A stretch of 64,000 nt of DNA, taken from NCBI RefSeq assembly GCF_006345805.1, contig NC_043015.1, forward strand, positions 29,202,001 to 29,266,000, given 5' to 3'. Position numbers and translations under genes: made by a program. The notes under the pieces were generated by a model, which saw only the letters and a program-made list of their open reading frames with translations, was not told the origin of the DNA and did no database searches. The stretch comes from Octopus sinensis. Lineage: Eukaryota. This document shows positions 23,640 through 36,516 of the stretch, piece by piece (position 1 is the first letter of the stretch; each line of letters opens with the position of its first letter).

Positions 23640-24162
23640 TAATATATCTATATATATGGTATGTGTGATTATTTTCAAAATATTTATTCAGACAAATAAC
23701 AATTCTGGAATAATATCAATGTCCATCACTACATTTTTTATTGATAACTAAAAATATAAATGAGTTTCGTATTAAAATAGCTTTTAGGTGCAAATCAACT
23801 GAAAGAAAATGCTAAAAAAAAACAAAAGAAATCAACTAAAAAAAAACAAAAGAAAAAAAAAATTCCCAGCAACGTTATGTTTTTATGTTTAAAAAACTAA
23901 TTTTATGAATTCTGCAGACATAAAAGGATTAAAAAAAAAAAGAAAAAGGAAACTTTTGGCTAAAAGTAGTTTTTAGATTATACTGTCTGAAAATGAGGTG
24001 AGATGGTTATGGCTGGAACACCTTTGATCACAAATCTGCTTGATCAGAGCTGATCAAGGGCTAAATAAAAAACCTGTTCTTTGATATATGTTGGCTTTTT
24101 ATAAAAATTTCCAAGACACCTTTATTTGGTCAGTGTAACTTTGCATGTGTGTGTGTGTATGT

Positions 24163-24198
<36 letters not shown>

Positions 24199-24387
24199 AT
24201 ACATATATATATACATATATATATACATATATATATACAGATAAATATATATATACATATATATATACACAATATATATATTATATATATAATATATATA
24301 ATATATACATACATATATATTATATATACATATACATACATACATATATATATACTACATACATATAATATATACATACATATATAC

Positions 24388-24420
<33 letters not shown>

Positions 24421-24514
24421 ACATAAATATATATATATAATACATATATATATACATACATACAAATATATATATATATATATATAATATATATATATAT
24501 ATACACACACATAC

Positions 24515-24560
<46 letters not shown>
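22330..24560. repeat. Several long (TA)n/(CATA)n/(TCTA)n microsatellite blocks (22330-22590, 23380-23660, 24145-24560)
   Basis: Direct inspection. Confidence 0.9.
22590..23056 (-). mobile_element. tRNA-derived SINE family E, two abutting fragments
   Basis: Right end (rc) GGAGGCATGTGGTCTAGTTGTTAG...GGTTCGAATC head; body shared with 43680-43985 and ~14600-14725. Confidence 0.75.
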
Positions 24561-24561
<1 letters not shown>

Positions 24562-24730
24562 AATAATGCAGTTTTTTTCAATTGTATGAACTAAAAGTCA
24601 GAGTGGGACAGGATAAACTACCTGCATCAACTTGCTATAAAAACAGGTAGTAATTTTACCTTGTACTTATTCCTAGTGCAAGTTTTGAAGAGTGCAGTTT
24701 GATTTTAACAGTTATTTTTCAAAGCTATAA

Positions 24731-25212
24731 ATGGAAGTGACAGAGGAGAATATTCGGCATATTTTGCTTTATGAGTTCAATTAACCAGCCAGGACCTCTG
24801 GTCTGGTGGTACGTAAAAAGCACTATCCGACTCGTGGCCGATGCCAGCGCCGCCTCGACTGGCTTCGGTGCCAGTGGCACGTAAAATGCACCAATCCGAC
24901 CGTGGCCATTGCCAGCCTCGCCTGGCACCTGTGCAGGTGGCACGTAAAAAGCACCCACTACACTCACGGAGTGGTTGGCGTTAGGAAGGGTATCCAGCTG
25001 TAGAAACATTGCCAGATAAGACTGGAGCCTGGTGCAGCCTTCTGGCTTCCCAGACCCCAGTTGAACCGTCCAACCCATGCTAGCATGGAAAGCGGATGTT
25101 AAACGATGATGATGATGATGATGATGATGATGAGTTCAATAAAGGCAACAAAGCAACGGAAAGTACCAGAAATAATAATGCAGTATATGGGGATCAGACA
25201 ATAAACATAAGA
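24731..25212 (+). mobile_element. Mariner/Tc1 transposase N-terminal relic split by a SINE-B insertion
   Basis: Removing the insertion gives MEVTEENIRHILLYEFNKGNKATESTRNNNAVYGDQTINIR, resembling the first HTH of mariner transposases. Confidence 0.85.
24782..25129 (+). mobile_element. SINE-B with 11-bp target-site duplication
   Basis: atgagttcaat at 24771-24781 and 25130-25140; (GAT)n tail. Confidence 0.92.
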
Positions 25213-25710
25213 CACCTCCTTCTATTGCCCTCTACCCTCCAACCCCATGCCTAGCTACCCACAGATGGTGTCCTCCACTATCTATGACCTCATCTCCTCC
25301 TCCCGTCTCCCTCCCACTGCCTCCAACCTCATTGTCTGCACACTCGTATCCCCACCATTTACTTCTTTCCCCAAATCCACAAACCCAACAACCCTGGCTG
25401 CCCCATTGTCTCCGTCTTGAACTGCCCCATGGAACTGATCTTAAAATACCCTGACTGTGCCCTTGCCCTCCCACCTAGTGGCTTCCCTCCACTCACACAT
25501 CCACGACACTAACCATCCTCTTCATCTTTTCAACTCATCCTCCTTCCCTCTTGGCCCCTCTAAACTTCTCTTCGCTCTTGATATCAAGGGTCTATATACG
25601 GTGATCCCATGCCACGAAGGACTTCTTGCCCTCAAACACTTCCTGGATCCTCGACCCAACCTCTAACCTGACACAGCCACACTTCTTCATCTGGCCAAAC
25701 TTGTTCTCTC
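25211..25710 (+). mobile_element. Penelope-like element reverse transcriptase fragment (degenerate)
   Basis: Translates to ...PQIHKPNNPGCPIVS...HSHIHDTNHPLHLF...LLFALDIKGLYTVIPCHEGLLALKHFL...TLLHLAKLVL, matching the PLE motifs PKIHK..RPIVS, YI.DT and D..SLYT.IP; one frameshift and a stop. Confidence 0.88.
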
Positions 25711-25813
25711 CCCACATGGTTCCGGGTTCAATCCTACCGCATGTCTTTGATGGTACAAAGCCAGCAGGTGATATACTGGCAAGGGAATTGACAACATCAT
25801 CATCATCATCCTA

Positions 25814-26234
25814 TACTCTCTCTTTTACTCTTTTACTTGTTTCTGTCATTTGACAGCGGCCATGCTGGAGCACCACCTTTAGTCAAGCAAATCGACCCCG
25901 GGACTTATTCTTTGTAAGCCCAGTACTTATTCTATCGGTCTCTTTTGCCGAACCGCTAAGTGACGGGGACGAAACACACCAGCATCGGTTGTCAAGCAAT
26001 GCTAGGGGGACAAACACAGACACACACACATACACACACACATATATATATATATATATACATATATACGACAGGCTTCTTTCAGTTTCCGTCTACCAAA
26101 TCCACTCACAAGGCATTGGTCGGCCCGGGGTTATAGCAAAAGACACTTGCCCAAGATGCCACGCAGTGGGACTGAACCCGGAACCATGTGGTTGGTAAGC
26201 AAGCTACTTACCACACAGCCACTCCTGCGCCTAT
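25814..26234 (-). mobile_element. SINE-A full length
   Basis: Complete family match. Confidence 0.92.
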
Positions 26235-26617
26235 ACATAGATATACAACTCCTGTTTGATAGTTGAATGACCAGAGCATGTCTTTCAGCAAAACCTCCAT
26301 TGCATCTAATGCTAACATGAATGTTAAGCAGCAAGGAAAATTAATACATCCATCTAAATATGTTTTTTGTCCTTTTTTTCATGTTTGTTTTTTACATGTT
26401 TGTTTATACATTCTACTCTTTGAAGCCATCACAGGTTTTCTTGAAAGATTCCCAAAAGATATTATCTAGGATATTTTGCTGTGAAATATGAAATTTGGTG
26501 GTGTGTGTGTGTGTGATGTTTTGAATATGATAACAGTAACGAGGCCCATGTATTGGCTCAGCAATCAAATAAAGTCAACAAGGACAGTAACAGACTTGAA
26601 ATGCTGAATAAAACATT

Positions 26618-26790
26618 CGCAGGAGTGGCTGTGTGGTAAGTAGCTTCCTTACCAACCACATGGTTCCGGGTTCAGTCCCACTGCGTGGCACCTTGGGCAA
26701 GTGTCTTCTACTATAGCCTCGGGCCGACCAAAGCCTTGTGAGCGGATTTGGTAGACGGAAACTGAAAGAAGCCCATCGTATATATGTATG

Positions 26791-26858
<68 letters not shown>

Positions 26859-27081
26859 CGTGTGTGTGTTTGTGTATCTGTGTTTGTCCCCCTAGCATTG
26901 CTTGACAACCGATGCTGGTGTGTTTATGTCCCCGTTACTTAGCAGTTCAGCAAAAGAGGCCGATAGAATAAGTACTGGGCTTACAAAAGAATAAGTCCTG
27001 GGGTCGAGTTGCTCGATTAAAGGCGGTGCTCCAGCATGGCCGCAGTCAAATGATTGAAACAAGTAAAAGAGAGAGAGAGTA
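26618..27081 (+). mobile_element. SINE-A full length
   Basis: Complete family match; expanded internal (TA)n. Confidence 0.92.
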
Positions 27082-27334
27082 AATATTTCTTGTCTTCTTG
27101 TCTACACAACAATTTATTCCGTGATTTGGTTGGCTTCTTGATGGTTTCATGTGAGGTTGCTAAGTATTGTTGTTACTGTAACTTTTAGAACTGCTGTCGT
27201 TACAATTACAATGAAAACTCTTGTCAATGCTATTTCTTTTAGATTCTTATGAAATAAAATGAAATACTTTTTAAATACTAGGTTGATGTGATTGACTAAA
27301 CTCTTCCTTCAAAATTGCTGGCACTGTACCTAAG

Positions 27335-27915
27335 TAGGCGTAGGAGTGGCTGTGTGGTAAGTAGCTTGCTTACCGACCACATGGTTCCGGGTTCAGTCCC
27401 ACTGCGTGGCATCTTGGGCAAGTGTCTTCTACTATAGCCTCGGGCCGACCAAAGCCTTGTGAGTGGATTTGGTAGACGGAAACTGAAAGAAGCCCGTCGT
27501 ATATATGTATATATGTGTGTATGTATGTATATGTTTGTGTGTCTATGTTTGTCCCCCCCACCATTGCTTGACAACCGATGGTGGTGTGTTTACGTCCTGT
27601 AACTTAGCGGTTCAACAAAAGAGACTGATAGAATAAGTACTAGGCTTACAAAGAATAAGTCCTGGGGTCGATTTACTCGACTAGAAGGCGGTGCTCCAGC
27701 ATGGCCGCAGTCAAATGACTGAAACAAGTAAAAGAGAAAAGAGTAAAGAGTATATATACAACTGGCTTCTTTCAGCTTCTGTCTCCCAAATCCACTCACA
27801 AGGCCTGAAGGCAATAGTAGAAGACACTTTCCAAAGGTTTCTCAGAGTGGAACTGAACCTAGAACCACGTGGTTGGGAAGCAGGCTTCTTACCACCCACC
27901 CACATCTGCACCTAC
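27335..27915 (+). mobile_element. SINE-A full length (27335-27752) followed by an inverted older head fragment
   Basis: Family match; ggcttctttcag...accacccacc fragment on the minus strand. Confidence 0.88.
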
Positions 27916-28637
27916 TTTTGACACTATTCAAAATGTCTTGTGCAAAATAAAAAAAAAAGAAAAACAGAGTGAAGTAAGAAATTTCTTTTTTTTTCTCATT
28001 AATAAATTACATTTCTACAAACATTTTATGAAACATATTACATCACTGATTAACTTAATAAACGGAAGCACCTCCACAGTAAACTCCAGAATATAGTTTC
28101 CATCTGTCGCTTACGAGAACTCAAAAATCACTCAGCATCGAAATCACTCACAAGCTTTATTCATGCCTTGGAACTTTTTAAACAGAGATCAATGTTCTAA
28201 AACAGTATCTACCATTAAATATCACGAAGAATGCACATGAGATACACTTTTATTACAGGTTTTCAACAGAGTGCTTGCTACACATCAAAAGATTACTTGA
28301 AAACAGTGAACTCAAAATTAAATGATGCAATACAACAAGTAATACCGTTAGAACAGGCTTGGATGCATGCTATAATAATCACTGTTATTCATAATCAACA
28401 TGTTCTGCTAATGCAGTATCAGAGTATTTGTGACAGGATCAATGTAATCTTAATAACTCTCTCTTCATCAGGCTGCTATTAAAAAGGATTATAAATGCCT
28501 TTTTTTTTTTGTTTTGTTTTTTTGTTTTTTTTTTGTGTGTGTGGTGGTCAGATTGGTAAACAGCAGGACTGCCCTGCCAAAGAATCTCTGTCACTGATGT
28601 GTGGGAAAAAAAATGCCATTACTCAACGGTATGCCTA

Positions 28638-28660
28638 TAATAATAATAATAATAATAATA

Positions 28661-28702
<42 letters not shown>

Positions 28703-28716
28703 GATGATGATGATAA

Positions 28717-28777
<61 letters not shown>
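28638..28777. repeat. (TAA)n(TGA)n microsatellite
   Basis: Direct inspection. Confidence 0.97.
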
Positions 28778-28778
<1 letters not shown>

Positions 28779-28994
28779 CCTTTCTACTATAGGCACAAGG
28801 CCTGAAGTGTTTATTGGGAGGGACCTGGTCAATTGCATCAACTTTGGTACTCAAGTGGCACTTGTTTTATGCAACCCGAAAAGATGAAAGGCAAAGTTAA
28901 TCTTGATGGAATCTAAACTCAGAACGTAAAGACAGACAAAATACTGTGAAGAATTTTACCCAGTCTACTAATAATTGTGCCAGCTCATCACCTT

Positions 28995-29306
28995 CATCAT
29001 CATCATCATCATCGTCGTTTAACGTCCGTTCTCCATGCTAGCATGGGTTGGACGGTTCGACCGGGGTTCTGGGAAGCCAGAAGGCTGCACCAGGCTCCAG
29101 TCTAATCTGCAATGTTTCTACAGCTGGATGCCCTTCCTAACGCCAACCACTCCGTGAGTGTAGTGGGTGCTTTTTTGCCACCTGCACAGGTGCCAGGCGG
29201 GGGCTGGCAACGGCCACGGCAGATTGGTGTATTTTATGTGCCACCGGCACGGATGCCAGTCGAGGCGGTGCTGGCATTGGCCACGAGTCGGATAGTGCTT
29301 TTTACC

Positions 29307-29308
<2 letters not shown>
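28995..29308 (-). mobile_element. SINE-B
   Basis: (cat)n-cgtttaacgtccg tail and core motif. Confidence 0.88.
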
Positions 29309-29351
<43 letters not shown>

Positions 29352-29389
29352 GTTTTTTTATTGGCCACGTGGACAACAACAATAACAAC

Positions 29390-29430
<41 letters not shown>

Positions 29431-29432
<2 letters not shown>

Positions 29433-29607
29433 CCCTGATGCAGTACCAGACAGTGGCTCTCGTGGTTTCTGATCTTAACTGATTGGAAGTGTTATCATGT
29501 ACATTGTTTTGTCTTGGTATAAAAAGATAGGCTACAGCAAATATTCTGCTCAATACCACAGATTTGCTTGTCAGTTGTTTGACCTTAACCAGTTGTGCAT
29601 GTCCCCG
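29431..29607 (+). mobile_element. Partial copy of repeat family G
   Basis: gatgcagtaccagacagtggctctc...gaccttaaccagttg matches 62510-62670; preceded by (TAA)n. Confidence 0.8.
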
Positions 29608-30284
29608 GAAGGATGAAAGGTAAAGCTGACCGCAGTATGATTCGAACTCAAGAAAGTAAAGAGAGCAAAAAGAAACGCCGACAACGCCAATGATTTTATG
29701 ATGTCATTTTCATAACATTTGTAGCTGCTTCAGATTCTACTCAAAAGTCAGTTGTTACCAAAAAAAAAAAAAAAAAACCAAAACAATCAAACAAACAAAC
29801 AAACAAACAAACAAAGACGTTGACATTTTAATTGATTCTGGAAGTACAGAAAAATTCTATTCACACCTCTTTTGCCATTAATATAAAATTGCCTATTAAA
29901 TCTATTTCTTCTGTAATTATTATGGCTTCTTTGACACACAAGAAATTAATTAAAGATTTCACTGTGTGTGATCTTACTCTTAATGACAATATTTACAATA
30001 ATAAATTTTTCAACAATAGATGATCTTTGTATACCTTTAATTCTCGGGGCAAAGTTTCATGTCCCTTCACACAAATGCGGAGATTAAATGTAATCTTAGT
30101 TCACAACGTCAATACTATGATGATTTTAGTATAGCAGATTATTGGTCATGGATAAACTGCATCCTGTTGGGCGGCATGTGGCCTGTGGGACTTTCTGGGT
30201 GACATGCCTAATGAAAAATTACCTTGAATTATTTTTTTAGCAGTGTGGGCCATGTGATGATGAACCATGCTTCATGCAGACTCA

Positions 30285-30815
30285 TCATCATCATCATCGT
30301 TTAACGTCCGCTTTCCATGCTGGCATCGGTTGAACAATTTGACTGAGGACTGGTGAACCAGATGGCTGCACCAAACTCCAATCTTGATCTGGCAGAGTTT
30401 CTACAGCTGGGTGCCCTTCTTCCTAACGCCAACCACTCTGAGAATGTAGTGGGTGCTTTTACATGCCACTGGCACGAGGGGCCAGTCAGGCGGTACTGGC
30501 AACGACCACACTCAAATGGTGCTTTTTATGTGCCACCTGCACAGGTGCCAGTCCAGCGGGACTGGCAATGACTGACTGTTTTTTGAAAAAGGTTGTCCAT
30601 GCCTGTTATAGACCACCATCATCAACATCACTAACATCATCATCATCTAACGTCCATTTTCTATGGTTACATGGGTTATACAGTTTGACTGGGGCTGGTA
30701 CGACGGAGAGCTGTACCAGGTTCCAGTCTTTTTGGTTTGGTTTTCTACAGTCGGATGCCCTTCTTAACATCAACCACTCCGCAGAATGTACTGGGTGATT
30801 TTTATGTGTCACCAG
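30285..30815 (-). mobile_element. Two older SINE-B copies
   Basis: Diverged core ctacagctgggtgccctt / ctacagtcggatgccctt with (cat)n tails. Confidence 0.75.
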
Positions 30816-30906
30816 CACTGGCCAAGACTATGATTTCGCTTAGCTTGATGTGTCTCTTCAAGCACTGCTGACTGACAGATAGATATTTATGTACATGTGT
30901 GTGTGT

Positions 30907-30959
<53 letters not shown>

Positions 30960-31064
30960 CAAATTTGTTGGTATGGATGTACGTGTGCTTGTAAATGTGC
31001 TTTTCTGTGTGTGTGTATGCAAATTTGTAGGTATGGATGTATGTGTGCTTGTAAATGTGCTTTT

Positions 31065-31104
<40 letters not shown>

Positions 31105-31296
31105 TTCTCTTCTGTTTTTGATTATTTAAATTCTTCCTTTGAAGAAGGAGCTGGTTTCTAACAAAGATACAAAGTTCTGTTTTCGGAATGCAGGAAATGT
31201 AAACAATGTTACATTTTAAACTTGAGAAAAGTCTTGCAGAGTTTTACTGTTCCGCTTACAGACTGTATTTATAATGTGCAGATCATACATGGAGGG

Positions 31297-31905
31297 CAGT
31301 AAACTAACATACCAGTCAATTACTAGAGGAGGGGGTCTTGTAACATTAATTTATTCCCCTAACCCATAAATTTTAGGCCACATGCCTATGCTAGAAAGAA
31401 TAGTTACACCAATATGCACAAAGTAGGTTTACACTTATTCAACGATCTCTTTCGCATTCATATATTAAGAGATTAGATCTTAATTACAGAAAAATATGAA
31501 ACCATTCTTCTGTGGTAATTTACTTAATTTTGTCAGTAAAGTAACATACCAGTCAATTACTAGAGAGAGGGAAATTTTGTAACATTAACTAATTCCCCTA
31601 ACCCGTAAATTTTAGGCCACATGCCTATGCTAGAAATAATAATTATTGTCAAAGTAGAAAACATTTTCTTTTCAACTAAATGAGTCAAATACTCTTTTTA
31701 CTTGTTTGAGTCATTTGACTGCGGCCATGCTGGAGCACCGCCTTTAGTCGAGCAAATCGACCCCGGGACTTATTCTTTGTAAGCTCAATACTTATTCTAT
31801 CGGTCTCTTTTGCCGAACCGCTAAGTGACGGGGATGTAAACACACCAGCATTGGTTGTCAAGCAATGCTAGGGGGACAAACACAGATACACAAACAACAC
31901 ACATA

Positions 31906-31958
<53 letters not shown>

Positions 31959-32270
31959 GCTTCTTTCAGTTTCTGTCTACCAAATCCACTCACAGGCATT
32001 GGTCGGCCCAGGCTATAGCAGAAGACCTTTGCCCAAGATGCCACGCAGTGGGACTGAACCCGGAACCATGTGGTTGGTTAGCAACTACGACCACACAGCC
32101 ACTCCTGCGCCTATGCAGTTAATAAATAACCAACATCATTCATACCCAAATGCACAAAGTAGGTTTGCCCTTATTCAACGATCTCTTTCGTATTTATATA
32201 TTAACAATTTAGACCTTAATTATAGAAAAATATGAAACCAGTATTCTATGCTAATTTACTTAATTTTGTC
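31297..32270. repeat. Old ~237-bp tandem duplication, second copy interrupted by SINE-A
   Basis: Block A at 31297 and 31534 (cagtaaa.taacataccagtcaattactag...cctatgctagaaa); block B at ~31410 and ~32146. Confidence 0.85.
31690..32114 (-). mobile_element. SINE-A full length
   Basis: Family match. Confidence 0.92.
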
Positions 32271-32371
32271 AAGCTCCCTTTTCAGTTTGTAAGATGGAAA
32301 TTTAAATGTAACAAAATGTTTTTCAAAAAAATTTTAAAGTGCCTACGTGATAACTGTAAACCAACTTTTAG

Positions 32372-32620
32372 GCCCTGTGCAGGTGGCACGTAAAAAGCAC
32401 CAACTGATCGTGGCCGCTGCCAGCCTCCGGTGGCATGTAAAAAGCACCCACTACACTCACGGAGTGGTTGGTGTTAGGAAGGGCATCCAGCTGTAGAAAC
32501 ATTGCCAGATAAGACTGGAGCCTGGTGCAGCTTCCTGGCTTCCCAGACCCCAGTTGAACTGTCCAACCCATTCTAGCATGGAAAACAGACATTAAACGAT
32601 GATGATGATGATGATGATGA
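32372..32620 (+). mobile_element. SINE-B
   Basis: tggcacgtaaaaagcac modules, core motif, (GAT)n tail. Confidence 0.88.
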
Positions 32621-32784
32621 TGAACAACAACAACAACAACAACAACAACAATAATAATAATAATCCCTTCTATAGGCACAAGGCCTGAAATTTTAGGGTA
32701 GGGCGCTAGTCAAGATTACATTGACTTCAGTACTCAACTGGTTCATGGACCTTCAAAGGGTGAAAGAGCTAAGTCAACTTAGGC

Positions 32785-33220
32785 AGGCGCAGGAGTGGCT
32801 GTGTGGTAAGTAGCTTGCTTACCAATCATATGGTTCCAGGTTCATTCCTACTGCGTGGCACCTTGGGCAAGTGTCTTCTACTATAGCCTTGGGCCGACCA
32901 AAGCCTTTTGAGTGGATTTGGTAGATGGAAACTATGTTTTTGTTTATATATATATATGCCCCAGCATGGCCACAGCTCATTAGCTGAAACTGGAAAAATC
33001 AAAATCAAAAAATATGTACATGTGTGTATATGTTTGTGTGACTGTGTTTGTTCCCCCAATATTGCTTGACAACCGATGGTGGTGTGTTTGCAAGAGACCG
33101 ATAGAATAAGTACTAGGTTTACAAAGAATAAGTCCTGGGGGCCGATTTGCTCGACTAAAGGCAGTGCTCCAGCATGGCCACAGTCAAATGACTGAAACAA
33201 ATAAAAGAGTAAAAGAGTAA
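32785..33220 (+). mobile_element. SINE-A with internal rearrangement and deletion
   Basis: Head and tail intact; short extra tail-like segment at ~32958-32990. Confidence 0.85.
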
Positions 33221-34104
33221 TGGATGAAATACTGTTAAGCATTTTCTCTGGTGTGCTAACCATTCTGCCAGCATGCTGCCTTAATAACAACAATAACAAC
33301 AAAAACAATAAATAAATAATGGTTTCACATTTTGGCACAAAGCCAGCAATTTCGGGGCAGTAAGGAAGATGATTACATCAAACGAAGTTGAAAGGCAAAG
33401 TTGAACTTGGTGGAATTTGAACTCAAAACATAAAGATAGATGAAATACTGCTAAGCGTTTTTGTCCAGTGTGCTAACGAGTCTGCCAGCTCGCTACCTTG
33501 AAACAACAACAGGAACAACAATAAATAAATAAATAAATAAATAATAAAAACAAATGTAGGTAAATTCTGAAGAAATGTGCTATGGTGTTACTAATTAATC
33601 TAGATAATTGGAAAGATGAAAGTTCATCGATATAGGCCATTCCAGTTGCTTAGAGTCTGAATTAAGCATGCCTACGTTATACAGGCAGATTCAAAATATA
33701 TGCATTTGAATACAGCCACATGTTTAGGCACATGTGTGTATGTGCATGTGTGTTTCTGTGTACAAACAAAGAAAATGTACACAATAAATACTATTCTCTA
33801 TATCTGTGTGTTCCAAGTCAAACTTTCATTTCCACTGCTTAAAGATTAGATTATTTCGATAGCTGTCCAAAACATTGTTTTGGATTTTTTTTTTTTTTTT
33901 CAAAAGAATTTAGTAAATTTATCTAAAAGATTTCTGTACAACATCAAATAAACTACATGGACATAAAGTGGTCAATCTTAGACTATATGGTACCATGTTG
34001 AAATGGTTCAAAGAGTGATAAAAAAAAAATCTGACTAGCACAAGAATTACATAATTAGCCAGCCCCAAAACTATTTACCAAAAGCAAATTAATTTGTAAT
34101 GCCA

Positions 34105-34136
<32 letters not shown>

Positions 34137-34154
34137 CAAGAGAGAGAGAGAGCA

Positions 34155-34185
<31 letters not shown>

Positions 34186-35227
34186 GACACACCACAATGT
34201 GCTTCTATATTGTTTCCATCTATAAAATTCACTTATGAGGCATTGGTTGACCTGGGTCCAAAGCGCCATGCAGTGGGACTGAACTGAAAATCATTCGGTT
34301 GCAAAACAAGCTTCTTAACCACACGGCCATTCCCGCACAGATAATTAATTCAATCAATCAAACAACTGACTCCTTGCTCTTTGAGACCAACTAAAATCCA
34401 TTTACATCACCTCCTACATCTGACAGGTTCTTATTTTATCTAAACTGGAAAGCCTAAAGGCAAAGTCAATATGGACGGGATTAAATTCAGAATGTAAAGG
34501 ATACCACAAGGTATTTTATCTGCTGTTCAACCAATTCCGCTATCCGTTGCCCTATTTAGTTTTCAAAGTGCAGAAATACCATAAAAGTCTACAAGACTCA
34601 ACTAATGCAGCACCTTAAATTCTTTATTTCTTAACATCAGAAATCAATAAATTGATCTCACCTCATATTTATTTTTGTTTTTATCTCGGAGCTGTCTTTC
34701 TGCAACCACCACCTACCCCACCTCCTTCCCTTCTCCCAACCTCTTCTCTTAACAAGAAATTAAATGAAAATCTGCATCTGAAGATCTTCAGAATAAATGT
34801 ACATATATTATTTTGATAAATCCAAACATATGCTGACTGTGAGAGATATGAGCGCATAAAATCCAGTTTGGGATTGGTCATGTGTATAGATAAATAACCG
34901 AACAGTCATTGACCATGCATAATTTCTATCACATTAACCTCTGTTCCGGTATTTACATTCAACAGTAAAATATGAAAATCCAGGCTTCTATAAGTTTCTC
35001 TTTTCGTTTACATGGCTCTTTGTGTAATGGTGTGGAAAAACAGAAAATGAAAGGATTTTATTTCTCGTTTAGCGTTGACACAGTATTTTATAGCACTTAA
35101 AAGGGAGTGAATCGTTAATACAACTTGATGGGAGTTGAAGGAGAGTATTTTGAATTGACAGAGTAAATCTGAGTATCTTAGATTGACAAAAATCCTATAA
35201 TAAAATGTTCCTTGCAACAGGCAAAGG

Positions 35228-35640
35228 GATGGCTGTGTGGTAAGAAGCTTGCTTCCCAACCACGTGGTTCCAAGTTCGGCCCCACTGTGTGATGTCTTGG
35301 GCAAGTGTGTCCACTTCTACTATAGCACCGGGCCAACCAAAACCTTTGTGAGCAAATTTGGTAGATGGAAACTGAAAGAGGCTTGATATATATGTACTTG
35401 TGTGTGTGTGTATGTGTGTGTGTTTGTACCAGTTTGTCCCATGCCACAGCTTGACAACCAGCGTTGGTGAGTTTACATCCACATAACTTAGCAGTTTGCC
35501 AAAAGGGTCTGACAGAATAAATACCAGACTTTAAAAGATAAAGTACTGATGGGGGGGTCAATTCATTTGACTAAACTTCTTCAAGGTGGTGCCCCAGCAT
35601 GGCCGCAGTCAAAGGACAGAAACAAGTAAAAGATAAAAGA
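35228..35640 (+). mobile_element. Older SINE-A-related copy
   Basis: Diverged head, body and tail. Confidence 0.8.
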
Positions 35641-35819
35641 TAATTTAAATTTATGCTATTTAGTTCATAAAAATAAGTCATTATTATCATTCTTTTATTG
35701 GTTCCAGTCTTTGGACTGTGGCCATGTCGGAGCATCACAGAGAATATTGAAGTAATCGGTGTGTTGGCTTAGAAGCATTCTGTTTTGTTGTGTAATGGAT
35801 AGGATTTCTTATTTTACTG

Positions 35820-36100
35820 AAATTAGGGAACTGAATTATCAATTTTTTCAAAATCCCACTAGAATTAACCTAAGATCAATTCCATACAATCTGCAAGATG
35901 AATTTGTGGAGTTTATAAATGACCCAATGGCCAAAGATTTTTTAGAAACCTCTTCCCTAGCAAAAATCAAGTATTCTATGATGAAGGGTATAAAAACTGT
36001 GTAGAGAGAGACTTATACTGTTCACATCTACTTCCTTTGTGAAGTGGGTTTTTTCCAGCAATGTGCTTAACCAAAAAAAAATTCTTCACAGAAGATAGGA
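35820..36100 (+). mobile_element. hAT (Charlie/Buster-like) transposase C-terminal dimerisation-domain relic
   Basis: NLQDEFVEFINDPMAKDFLETSSLA...*...HIYFLCEVGFF resembles LQEE.I.L..D...K..F....L..FW...F.STYLCE.GFS. Confidence 0.75.
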
Positions 36101-36516
36101 AACAAAACATATTCATTTACAACTATCACACAAAGTCAAGGCAACCATACAGTAACACACACACAGACACACACACACGCATGCACACACACACACACAC
36201 CTATATATGACAGGGTTTTTTTTCAGTCTCTGTCTATGAAATCCAGTCACAAGGTTTTGGTCAGCCAGGGCTATAGTAGTAGGGGACACTTGCTCAAGGT
36301 GCTTCTGAGTGGGACTGAAACCAAAACCATGCAGTTGCGAAGCAAACTTCTAACCGCACGGCTACATCTGCACCTGTGTTAGATATATAATTGGTAGACA
36401 GTCTTATTCATGGTTTTGTTGTCAAAGAGTCAATGAGAAGCACAATGACAGAATTTAACAAGTTTAGTTCGGTGCATGGGATGAAAGCAGAAAATTATTC
36501 CAAAAGTGTTTGAGAA

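Noticed and set aside
26575-26908. Recurrent ORFs such as MLGGQTQ..., RRHLPKVPRSGTEPGTMWLV and LFYLFQSFDCGHAGAPP
   Set aside because: They recur at every SINE-A copy and are translations of a non-coding repeat.
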